Below the pieces are notes generated by a model. It worked only from the letters and a program-made list of their open reading frames with translations, made no database searches and had not been told where the DNA came from. Shown here in pieces: positions 47,293-55,941 of a stretch of DNA of 64,000 nt. The stretch comes from a virus. Position 1 is the first letter of the stretch, and each line of letters begins with the position of its first letter. The stretch is taken from positions 1-64,000 of the IMG/VR virus record IMGVR_UViG_3300024265_000041, one strand, 5' to 3'. The translations under genes and the position numbers were made by a program.

Positions 47293-47775
47293 TTACGTGA
47301 CCCTCCTGTTTAAGTAAGCAAGGATCTCTTTCACGTTCTGCTTGGTGTACTTCCTCACGTCAGCTGCATATCTAATATTAGGTTTAACTCTTGGAGTGTA
47401 ATAGGCCTTCATAAGGTCTTTCGCATTCCATAACTCAAGTGAGTAAGTAAGCTCACTGGCGAACAGTATCCAGTAAGAACCTCCAGCTCTGATTTGTTTT
47501 TTAGCCGCTGTCATTTGATGATCTTTGACAGAAGTTTTTAAACAGTCAACTAAACTGCCATGCTTCACTGAGGCTTTACATTCAATTCGATGGTGGTGCC
47601 CAGCTATTAACAGTCCATAGTCAGCAGGGGCCTTCTGTGCAAACCCACGAACTCCAGCAGCTTTTTTATCAGGGTATCGATACATACGGGCATCGCATAA
47701 ACTTTCAATTTCTTTTAGAGCTTCTTGTGTTTTGTCTTCCAGCCGGTTACCCGCTGCCTGAGCCTGATTTCTCAT
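47293..47775 (-). CDS. PD-(D/E)xK nuclease, putative Holliday junction resolvase (RecU-like)
   Basis: GNRLE, PADY, IECK and HQ motifs. Confidence 0.7.
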   Translation of the reverse strand: MRNQAQAAGNRLEDKTQEALKEIESLCDARMYRYPDKKAAGVRGFAQKAPADYGLLIAGHHHRIECKASVKHGSLVDCLKTSVKDHQMTAAKKQIRAGGSYWILFASELTYSLELWNAKDLMKAYYTPRVKPNIRYAADVRKYTKQNVKEILAYLNRRVT

Positions 47776-47778
47776 TAC

Positions 47779-48426
47779 TTACCTCTTAAGGTTTATAAAA
47801 TATTTCCCGTTAATGTGTTTTTGACCAGGAGGTATCCACATCCCTCCGTTACTTCCTCTACTATCTGAACCGGCAGTGTACCCACACTGATTACACACAG
47901 GGTAGTCCCAGCAGGAAGGGTCAGAGGTATTAGATAGACACCCTAAAGGTTCATGTCTTACATTGTGGGACCAGCAAACAGGACAGGTTTTCGTATCCTC
48001 TATCTGATCCCTAGTTACTTCTAATGCACTTGAAGGAAGTAACTTTCTGTGTTTCCTTATCCACCGTTTTGCTATCTTGTTAACAGGACTAGAGAAGAAG
48101 TATTCTTCAGGAACATCCACGACTGTTGTCCCCATTAGGTGGGCGTGATTTAACTCAACAATTACCCCTGGGGAGGTGTCATGACCTTCAAGTTTTAGTA
48201 AATGTAGTTCAGCAGCTAGGTCTAACATGTGAAGGTTTTCTTGTTTCCAATACTTAAACCCTTTTTTGAGTTTATACTCATAAGCTAACTGGTGGAAGTG
48301 TACTATTGGGGAATATACGCCAACAACTCCATCCCTTTTTAATTGCGCGCAATAGGCCTTAGCTAATTGAAATCTTACTTCCATTACTTCCTTAATCCCA
48401 CTGTACGGGTGAGCCACATAGATCAT
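47779..48426 (-). CDS. DUF1937-like (nucleoside deoxyribosyltransferase-like fold) protein with a C-terminal Zn ribbon
   Basis: IYVAHPYS, YSPIVHFH and SPGVIVE motifs; CPVC...CNQC. Confidence 0.7.
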   Translation of the reverse strand: MIYVAHPYSGIKEVMEVRFQLAKAYCAQLKRDGVVGVYSPIVHFHQLAYEYKLKKGFKYWKQENLHMLDLAAELHLLKLEGHDTSPGVIVELNHAHLMGTTVVDVPEEYFFSSPVNKIAKRWIRKHRKLLPSSALEVTRDQIEDTKTCPVCWSHNVRHEPLGCLSNTSDPSCWDYPVCNQCGYTAGSDSRGSNGGMWIPPGQKHINGKYFINLKR

Positions 48427-48647
48427 TACACTTCCCTCATGGTTACCTGATTATTGGCTGATTTTTCTACTAAGTAAGGGACTCCTTCAAACCTCATACG
48501 CTGTCCCACTTTGGGTGGGATTGGTATATGCACTTTGGAAGGGTAGTTGATAGTATCACCGTTGAGTTTTATCAATACTAGTTTGTACGCAACATTTCTA
48601 ATCGAAGGTAATTCTGGGTCTAACTCCACTATTTTATCTTTACTCAT
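48426..48647 (-). CDS. Hypothetical protein
   Basis: GGAGG RBS; coupled ORF. Confidence 0.6.
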   Translation of the reverse strand: MSKDKIVELDPELPSIRNVAYKLVLIKLNGDTINYPSKVHIPIPPKVGQRMRFEGVPYLVEKSANNQVTMREV

Positions 48648-48676
48648 ATTGATTCCTCCAGATGAATTACCTTTTA

Positions 48677-49435
48677 TTAAAGACCAGCATCACGCCCTGT
48701 GTGGGCTTCCCAAAGAGAGGGGAACTCTAGCCTTACTGTGTGAAGAAAATCTGCGTCAGTGTTAGCAATATCCGTCTTCTGCATCATGTATCTCACGAAA
48801 CCGTAACCGGCCTGTTTCATAGTTTTTCCCTTGTGCTTACCAAAAGGGATAACTTTCATTGCCTGAGGGGTGCCACAAAACTCTGCTAACTCAATATAAT
48901 TCATGTCAAAATATTCACAGTAGTAGTCAACCAATCTGGCCACGCCTAATACATCTGCCATCGCATCATGAGCCCCTGTTAACTCTTCACCAAACGCCTG
49001 TTGGTAAGTGTAACTAAGCTTATGGTTTGTTGCTGTTGGGTTAGCTCTGCGAGCCAAAATTATCGTATCAATCTGGGGGTAATCGATTATTTCTTCCCAC
49101 CCAAGATTAATAGAAACAACGTTATCAAATCTAATATGATTATGACCAGCTATGATGACTAAACGACCTGAGTCCTGAAGACTTTCTACATAGCTTTCTA
49201 ACATCCAAACTATTATGGAAGGATGAGGGTACCCGAGGACCATAGTTTGTGAAATACCATGAACCTTAACTGCTTCTGGATGGATCTTTTTACCTGGGTT
49301 GCTTATGGCATGAACAATAGGTAAGTGGTCTCCTCCATCTATCGATAAGGTTGCAGCAGTTTGAACTGGCAAATCAACTTTTGGTTCAGGTCCTGTTGTT
49401 TCGTAGTCATAAGTTACTAATGCAATTTCTGACAT
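48677..49435 (-). CDS. DEDDh 3'-5' exonuclease, ExoX-like
   Basis: DYETTG, GHNHIRFD, HDAMADV and C-terminal PFGKHKG motifs. Confidence 0.88.
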   Translation of the reverse strand: MSEIALVTYDYETTGPEPKVDLPVQTAATLSIDGGDHLPIVHAISNPGKKIHPEAVKVHGISQTMVLGYPHPSIIVWMLESYVESLQDSGRLVIIAGHNHIRFDNVVSINLGWEEIIDYPQIDTIILARRANPTATNHKLSYTYQQAFGEELTGAHDAMADVLGVARLVDYYCEYFDMNYIELAEFCGTPQAMKVIPFGKHKGKTMKQAGYGFVRYMMQKTDIANTDADFLHTVRLEFPSLWEAHTGRDAGL

Positions 49436-49680
49436 CCTTCTCCTCCTGTGAATTTCTTTTCATTTTTCATGTAATCCAATACGACCTCTAAAACTGAGAT
49501 CAAATTATCTCTTGGTAAGTTACTGCATGAAGAAGGGTAAAAGTTTTTTTCATTTTCACCTTGGATAGGGAATGCCAGGAGGTAAAACCCTGCTTTTTCC
49601 TCATAGATAATATCTAAAGTATCAGATATAGCCCCACCAAGTTCTTTGAGTTCCATTTTAATTTCGTTCATTTTGAACAC
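49417..49680 (-). CDS. Hypothetical protein
   Basis: AAGGAG RBS. Confidence 0.6.
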   Translation of the reverse strand: MFKMNEIKMELKELGGAISDTLDIIYEEKAGFYLLAFPIQGENEKNFYPSSCSNLPRDNLISVLEVVLDYMKNEKKFTGGEGCQKLH

Positions 49681-49700
49681 ACTCCTTAGGTGTTATCCTA

Positions 49701-52700
49701 CTAATCTTTACCTTCTGTTAACACTCTTTCTGAAGTTTCCATAATGGAATCCTCTGTTGGGTTAATTCCTATCTCAACCTGGGAACCCCAATTGATCCCT
49801 ATACTAACATCAGCCTCCATTGGTACTGCATGTCCAGGGGGAGTCAGTGACATTATTTCCGTCATTTCGTTAATGTAAGTCACTACAGTTGATACAGGTA
49901 CCCTGGAAACAAATTCATCGTAAACAGGGGCGATCAATTTTGCTCTAGTACGCTGCATTAATTTAATCCTACGAACTATGCCCAAAACTTTCACTAGAAT
50001 GTCAGCAGCACAACCCTGTATTGTGGCGTTGATAAGCTGACGTTCTGCCCGAGCAACAGTTTGTTTGTTACTAGAAAAAATCTTGGCATCAATATGACGG
50101 CGATTACCAAAGGCGGTTTCGGTGTATCCATGAAGTTTAGCAAACTTGGCAACACTCCTCTGCCAGGGTGTGATGCCTGGGTAGGTTTCCATTACAGCGT
50201 CGAATATCAGGTTAGCTTCTTCAAGGGTAATGATTAGTCGTTCAGATAATGTTAAGGCTCCTCCACCATACCCTATTAGAAAGTTTGTTTCCTTAGCTTT
50301 TGCCTTACGGGTGAAGACACAAAGTTTATGATGTTCTAATTCTGGGTTTTCGTAGTAGTCAACGTAATGGTCGTAGTCTAAATGCAACTTGTTAACTTTA
50401 GAAATGATACCAACAGCAGACTGACTATGTATGTCTCGTCGTTCAGATCCAATGTAACACCCCATCATTGTTTCGTCCTGACACTCACTCGCCATGATCC
50501 TCAACTCTTGTTGAGAGAAATCGATTGCTACTACCACATGAGGTTCTTCCCCTCTCTTTTTCCACCCTGCCCTCTGAGCCGGGAAGCAACTTCTTAGCCT
50601 ACCTCCGTCTTTATAGCCAGAAACCTGCAACAAATTAGGGGTACCTCCAGAGGGTCTTCTAGTTACAGTTCCACAATTCTTAATAGAGGGGTGTAACATT
50701 TTGTCACTTGTGTAAACCCAATTTGGGTAGGGTTTGAAATACAGTCCATTATAAGTTTTATCGGTTTTAATAATACGCAAATAATCTAGGGCCTCTATTC
50801 TCCAATCCCCTTCTTTCATGTCATAAGCCTTGGCTGTATCCATAGCTAAAACATCAGTACCAGGGCTTCCCTTCAAATTATGTGTTGCTCTGAAGCTTTT
50901 AAAATCAGTAATTTTAGAATGTCTTCTAACCGGCAGTCCCATCATGCAATATAGCATTGCCTGCATTTTTTTATAGGAGCCGACTTCGATGTGGGTGCCA
51001 TGTTTGATCGTCTTAGTCGTACCATTCTCAGCCGCTTCCTTATCGATGAGATCTGCACAAAATTCAAGGAATGTCTCATAATTTTCCCCTTTTCTTCCCT
51101 TGAGTTGGTTGGCTGCTGGCCCTAACACTCTAAGGAACTCCCCTGCTAAACTGCTAATCTTCCCAGAGCTGTAAACCCCCTCGATGTAGTCTGCCAATCT
51201 AGAAACAGCCACTGAGACTGGGGGGGTAATCCCAACTATACCACAAACCTTTTCTAACCCTTTAACAGTTGGTAGCCACTTGGTAGAGGATGAGATTACT
51301 TCTTCAGTCGGAGGTACAAAAACACAAGAACCTAAAAGCTTCTCTTTTTCTGAAGCTACCCTGGAGTTTATTTGCTCAAGGTTTAACTTTTTCTCTTCTG
51401 GTTGATCTTTATTTTTAGCCACTAGGTAAGGCTTAACTTCAACTTTAATGAAACTGTCAACCGCTGCTGGGTTTGGTGTATTACAATTTTTCAACAGCAG
51501 CGGTAGTAACTTTCCCATGGCTTCCTCCGCCCCCTCCTTAGAGGACTTCACGTACTCTCGTAACTCTTCTTCATCCAGTGGAGTACCTTCACGTTTCGCT
51601 TCAATCAAAACTCGTTCAGCGTCTGGCTGGTTCGCCACATAGAAATCCCAAGTGCCTTCTATCATCATCTTCAATCTGAGTAAGTCCCAGAGATGGGCAG
51701 TAACAATTGCATCGTCGCAACCGTAAGGGAAAGCGCACTCTTCAGCGGTCAGTTCAGACATGTTAGCTTTATCGCCCAGAGTCTCTAAGAAAGTTTGCTG
51801 TTTGTAGCCTAAAAGTTCTTTACTTAATGATTTCAAATGGGCGCTTAGATTTTCATCTGCATACGCTGACATGATCACGGTATCCATAACTTTCTTTGGA
51901 GAGTACTCACATTCTCGTTCAGTCAACTCGACTTCAAAGGACTCGTTGTGAGCAACCAAAGGCGTACCAGATTTTTCAGCCGCAGCTAAGAATTGACCTA
52001 AAACTCTATTAGGTAAATTGTTAGAATCTTTGTGGCCGGTGGTGACATAGAAACAACTTTCGTAGTTAGCACCGAAGCAAAAGCTGGCTCCCACTGGTAC
52101 CTGCCTCAGTACGTCTACGAAATCTTTGTTCTTACTGGCAATCTGCAATGACTCCTGCCTTACTGGATCAAATGACTCGTAATCGAACGCAACAATTGGA
52201 CCCTCAGCGAACGCCTCAACTGCCTCTTTTAAATCTGCTTCCTCAAAAGTTTCTGAATCTATTAACCATGAGGTCGGGCATAACTCTTCCAGCCGTTCAA
52301 AATAGTCCATGCAATTAGCTTTCTCCAAAACCTCTCGCAAACGATCTTTACTTGGAATTCTCTTGAAGTATTTAATACACCCTTTCTTCTTGGCGAAAGG
52401 TTTCCCCACCCACTCTGGGTGTAAACTAGCCAACGAAAACATGATTTCCCAATCGTGTCTGTTGTCATAAAGTTTTCTTAAATTTCTAGATTCTTCTACT
52501 TCAAGTGATTCTAAAATTAATGAGTAGTCTGAGGTAGCTACACATTTTTGAATTTCCAGCATACCTTCAATTTCGAACTCCCCTAACAAAGAGGTAAACG
52601 CTGCTGACCCCATTCCTTTAATACCTGGGTAACAATCTGACCTATCTCCCACGATTGATTTCTCTAAAGTAATTAACTCTAAAGGGACCCCTTTATGCTC

Positions 52701-53204
52701 ACCGATAATTGGATCACCTTTCAGATGTACCAAAACATTTTTACTGGAAAGTGCAAGTAGGTCAGCGTCGATTGTTTTTACTTCAATTTCCCCAGGAAGG
52801 CAACCACATAACATAGAAATAACATCATCTGCTTCACAGGCAGGTGCCAATATTTGAGTATACCCTAGCGAAGCTAATAGACCTTTGGCCAGTAGCATTA
52901 ACTTGTCGGTTTCGGCGACTGAGACAAGGTCTCTTTTTTTATCGTCAGCTTTCCTCTTCACTTTGTAAGGCGGGTAAATTGCTTTACGTCTAGTGTTATC
53001 GTCGTCCCAACAAGCTAATGTTGACCTGGGATAGACCTCTGACTCTTCTATTGTGTTCAGGATTATAAACTCAATGAAACGACTTAGGCCAAACCCAGCT
53101 GTATTACAGGCTTTACCGTCGTCCCCCATAATAGAATCTTTGTCATTACCTGAATGATATAGGTTAAGCAGTAACCCTCTTATATCTAAGATAACAGTCT
53201 TCAT
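49701..53204 (-). CDS. Family A DNA polymerase with fused 5'-3' exonuclease and 3'-5' exonuclease domains
   Basis: 5' nuclease motifs RKAIYPPYK, EADD, DADL and GDRSD; exo I FDYES; motif A DFSQQELR, motif B KETNFLIGYG, motif C VYDE. Start at 53204 (MKTVILD) with a GAGGTG RBS. Confidence 0.95.
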   Translation of the reverse strand: MKTVILDIRGLLLNLYHSGNDKDSIMGDDGKACNTAGFGLSRFIEFIILNTIEESEVYPRSTLACWDDDNTRRKAIYPPYKVKRKADDKKRDLVSVAETDKLMLLAKGLLASLGYTQILAPACEADDVISMLCGCLPGEIEVKTIDADLLALSSKNVLVHLKGDPIIGEHKGVPLELITLEKSIVGDRSDCYPGIKGMGSAAFTSLLGEFEIEGMLEIQKCVATSDYSLILESLEVEESRNLRKLYDNRHDWEIMFSLASLHPEWVGKPFAKKKGCIKYFKRIPSKDRLREVLEKANCMDYFERLEELCPTSWLIDSETFEEADLKEAVEAFAEGPIVAFDYESFDPVRQESLQIASKNKDFVDVLRQVPVGASFCFGANYESCFYVTTGHKDSNNLPNRVLGQFLAAAEKSGTPLVAHNESFEVELTERECEYSPKKVMDTVIMSAYADENLSAHLKSLSKELLGYKQQTFLETLGDKANMSELTAEECAFPYGCDDAIVTAHLWDLLRLKMMIEGTWDFYVANQPDAERVLIEAKREGTPLDEEELREYVKSSKEGAEEAMGKLLPLLLKNCNTPNPAAVDSFIKVEVKPYLVAKNKDQPEEKKLNLEQINSRVASEKEKLLGSCVFVPPTEEVISSSTKWLPTVKGLEKVCGIVGITPPVSVAVSRLADYIEGVYSSGKISSLAGEFLRVLGPAANQLKGRKGENYETFLEFCADLIDKEAAENGTTKTIKHGTHIEVGSYKKMQAMLYCMMGLPVRRHSKITDFKSFRATHNLKGSPGTDVLAMDTAKAYDMKEGDWRIEALDYLRIIKTDKTYNGLYFKPYPNWVYTSDKMLHPSIKNCGTVTRRPSGGTPNLLQVSGYKDGGRLRSCFPAQRAGWKKRGEEPHVVVAIDFSQQELRIMASECQDETMMGCYIGSERRDIHSQSAVGIISKVNKLHLDYDHYVDYYENPELEHHKLCVFTRKAKAKETNFLIGYGGGALTLSERLIITLEEANLIFDAVMETYPGITPWQRSVAKFAKLHGYTETAFGNRRHIDAKIFSSNKQTVARAERQLINATIQGCAADILVKVLGIVRRIKLMQRTRAKLIAPVYDEFVSRVPVSTVVTYINEMTEIMSLTPPGHAVPMEADVSIGINWGSQVEIGINPTEDSIMETSERVLTEGKD

Positions 53205-53219
53205 TCTGCACCTCTTATA

Positions 53220-53238
53220 TCTCGTACTATGTACGAAA
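53220..53238. promoter_or_regulatory. Variant of the CGTAC/GTACG palindrome upstream of the DNA polymerase RBS
   Basis: TCTCGTAC TAT GTACGAAA (3-nt spacer). Confidence 0.35.
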
Positions 53239-53296
53239 TTAATTATTTTTCTAAATGTACTGAGGGGGAATGAGATCCCCCTCTCTCGGTGGTTTC

Positions 53297-54229
53297 TTAA
53301 TCTTCTAATACGTCTTCTAACAGACCCAAACAACTAAACTTCCAAGGGCACCAAGAGTTCTTTCCTTTAGTAATTTTCTTACCAACGGAGACCATGGTGA
53401 CAACCTTGTCAGGGTTAACCCCATACTTGTGTTGAACCTTTACTACATACCCAGAAAAACGCTTCAGGGAGGAAGGCGGAATGCTTAGTAAAACAAACTC
53501 CCCATCAAATTGTCCATCCTTGATTTCAGCTACAGCTTCTAGGTAAGTTTTAGTTTCTACCTCTAGCCCCTGACCAGCTAGCCTACTTCGGAAGCTTTCC
53601 ACCGGGACTCCGGAGGTGTCAGTCACATTGTCATAGCTATAAATAAACTCGTCTGTATCCCCGTCGCATAGCTCTTTAATGATGAACTTTTCTCGTGTCT
53701 GAGTGACGATCATTGGGACTTCTTTTTCGTCTAATGTTTCCCCATCAATCATGAAGCTCTCTCCGTCAAGTTTCATAATATCGAAAGACCCAAACCCTAT
53801 CTCTAACCCACTGAACCCTGCCTGAGCAGCAACAGCCAATGCTCCTCCCTGAACCTGATCTGGGTTATAAGAAGCTATTTGAGTGTGGGCAGAAGGCTGT
53901 GCCATAGAGGTTCCTGTGTGGACTTCTGTTTCGTCGTCAGGGTCAGACTGATCTACATTGGAAATAAGATTATCTTCTTTATCGGAGGGACCAGAGTTTT
54001 CCTCTATTTCCCTCTGGTTAGCCGGAGGGGTTGGAGGTTTCTTTCTTGAGGTGGTACGTGAAGGCGGTTTACTTGCCGCCTTCTTTTTAACTGCAGATTT
54101 TTTGGCGGCTTCAGCTTTTTTGTCAGATGCAGATTTTTTGGCGGCTTCAGCTTTTTTGGCATCTTCAATTTTTTTAGATTCGGCCTTTTCATCGGCTACG
54201 GTGTTAACAGTGGATTTTTTTCTAAGCAT
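53297..54229 (-). CDS. Putative ssDNA-binding/replication protein with a Lys/Ala-rich N-terminus
   Basis: KKAEAAKKSA repeat; LSIPPSSLKRF and an aromatic/acidic C-terminus; located between the helicase and polymerase. Confidence 0.5.
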   Translation of the reverse strand: MLRKKSTVNTVADEKAESKKIEDAKKAEAAKKSASDKKAEAAKKSAVKKKAASKPPSRTTSRKKPPTPPANQREIEENSGPSDKEDNLISNVDQSDPDDETEVHTGTSMAQPSAHTQIASYNPDQVQGGALAVAAQAGFSGLEIGFGSFDIMKLDGESFMIDGETLDEKEVPMIVTQTREKFIIKELCDGDTDEFIYSYDNVTDTSGVPVESFRSRLAGQGLEVETKTYLEAVAEIKDGQFDGEFVLLSIPPSSLKRFSGYVVKVQHKYGVNPDKVVTMVSVGKKITKGKNSWCPWKFSCLGLLEDVLED

Positions 54230-54310
54230 GGTAATCTCCAGTTATATTAAAGTTTAAATTTACATTTACATTTACATTAGAATGACTAGATATTTCTACC
54301 TAGCAAAATA

Positions 54311-54339
54311 ATATTCCCATAGTGTATTGTCTATGTCAA
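54311..54339 (-). promoter_or_regulatory. Sigma70-type promoter upstream of the SSB-like and polymerase genes
   Basis: TTGACA-17 bp-GAATAT with TGG before the -10; TTGACATAGAC shared with the left-end promoter. Confidence 0.55.
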
Positions 54340-54345
54340 GTGTAT

Positions 54346-55941
54346 CTAAAACATGTTACCCCATTCAGGTATCTCTGCTGTTACCCCCTTTTCGTCGAAA
54401 AGTTGTTCATCCTTGAATCCCTTTATGCTGCCTACAGGGTCTACTCCTTCTACCTCAATTTTAAACAGAGTTGTGGTATCGAAAGTAACCTGCCTGTTCT
54501 GGTCGTGTTTTGACAACATTTGATTTCTGGTTTCCACTGAGCATGTCTTCAGAGGGGTAATTAAATAAAAATTTGTAGAGAACGTCTGCCCAATACGGTG
54601 TATCCGGTCACAGGCCTGAGCGAACCTCCCTGGGACCCCTACAGGCTCTGCGAAAATCATGTGGGAGCATTCCTTTTGAAGATTCAACCCAACACCCCCA
54701 CTTAGGTAATTTGATATCAATATCCTGTAATTTGGGTCAGTCTGAAACTTTTTAATCACCTCTGGCTTACTCCCCTTAGTCCCCCCATAAAGGGTTAGAG
54801 GGTTAAAGTGAGAGAATGTCTTCTCCAGGTTCTCAACAGTCATTCTGAAATGACAAAAAATTACTACCTTATGTTTCTCCATGCCAATGTTATTTAACAA
54901 CTCTGCTATAGCCTCAACTGGGGTATTCTTAATTTTATTGTCTGAAAAATTATGCGGGTTCATTACTATCTGCATAAGCTTCTGACGCAGTGAGACTTCC
55001 ATCTCAGCATCAATCATCCTATCCTCAAGTTCTAACAGTCGTTCTTTGGCTAATTTTCGGTAAAGTCTTAAGTGTTCAGTAGATAGATCAATCTGTACTT
55101 CTGAATACAGTTTAGGGGGGAGATCTAGAACATCTGTTTTCTCCACTCTACGAGCCTGGGAATAAAATGTTTGTGAAAGGTAGTCTAAATTTTTGTACCC
55201 TTCTATTTCCTCAAAATCAGAATGAGGATTATAAACAACGTGCATGGCTTCAAAATTCCTCATTGATCCATAGGTTCTTGGGGTTATTAAGGCTATGTAA
55301 CCATATAAATCAATTAACGTATTCTCTGCCGGGGTGCCAGTCATTAACAGTAACGCTGACTCCCCCTCAGGTCCTAAGAATCTTGACACACACTTACTAA
55401 TATTACTCGTCGGGGTTTTCAGTGCCGTTGCCTCGTCAGCTACTAAAACATTAAATCCGTTGTTTTTTAAAAACAAGCACTCCAACAGAGGAATAGACCC
55501 GTTTGCTCTTTGCTTTCTGGTGTAGACCTGATCACGGAATCTGTTATATGACATTAGCAAAACATCTGGAGTACCATCCTCTAACCAACGGTCTCTTTGC
55601 TTCTGTCTCTGCTCAGGGTTACCGTTATATAGTTCAATTTTTAAATAATCATCTATACCAATGAGTACGTCAGAGAATTCATTTCTAAATTGGTGAAGAA
55701 GAGTTGGTGGCATAATACAAACTGCTCTGTTCCCCTCTCCGCAAAAGAAGGATATAAACGCCTGAGCGATTAAAGTTTTACCAGTTCCTTGATCGTCATA
55801 CAGACCGAACCTATCATAACTACAAGCTTGAGATAGTCCTGAAACTTGGTGGTGCTTTGAGTCAAACAAAAGTTCAACCTTCTTTGCCCACGGTGCAGGG
55901 GTTTTTATCCCTGCAGCTTTCATATACTCATCTAAGGTCAT
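54346..55941 (-). CDS. SNF2-family (SF2) helicase
   Basis: DQGTGKT, VADEA, TGTP, GVGLNL and QACDRIHRIGQ motifs. Confidence 0.92.
   Translation of the reverse strand: MTLDEYMKAAGIKTPAPWAKKVELLFDSKHHQVSGLSQACSYDRFGLYDDQGTGKTLIAQAFISFFCGEGNRAVCIMPPTLLHQFRNEFSDVLIGIDDYLKIELYNGNPEQRQKQRDRWLEDGTPDVLLMSYNRFRDQVYTRKQRANGSIPLLECLFLKNNGFNVLVADEATALKTPTSNISKCVSRFLGPEGESALLLMTGTPAENTLIDLYGYIALITPRTYGSMRNFEAMHVVYNPHSDFEEIEGYKNLDYLSQTFYSQARRVEKTDVLDLPPKLYSEVQIDLSTEHLRLYRKLAKERLLELEDRMIDAEMEVSLRQKLMQIVMNPHNFSDNKIKNTPVEAIAELLNNIGMEKHKVVIFCHFRMTVENLEKTFSHFNPLTLYGGTKGSKPEVIKKFQTDPNYRILISNYLSGGVGLNLQKECSHMIFAEPVGVPGRFAQACDRIHRIGQTFSTNFYLITPLKTCSVETRNQMLSKHDQNRQVTFDTTTLFKIEVEGVDPVGSIKGFKDEQLFDEKGVTAEIPEWGNMF

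Noticed and set aside
49701-53204. Z-genome (diaminopurine) or other base-modification system
   Set aside because: No PurZ, DatZ, MazZ, queuosine-pathway or methyltransferase genes are recognisable in this window; the polymerase motifs alone are insufficient.
53262-53285. GAGGGGGA/TCCCCCTC hairpin as a Rho-independent terminator
   Set aside because: The stem is real, but there is no U-tract on the coding (-) strand; function undetermined.
53205-53333. ORF-track N-terminal extensions of the polymerase (also capsid 10986-11138, 1569-1778, 655-714 and 36697-36747)
   Set aside because: Downstream in-frame starts have clear RBSs, and the extensions overlap neighbouring genes or regulatory hairpins.
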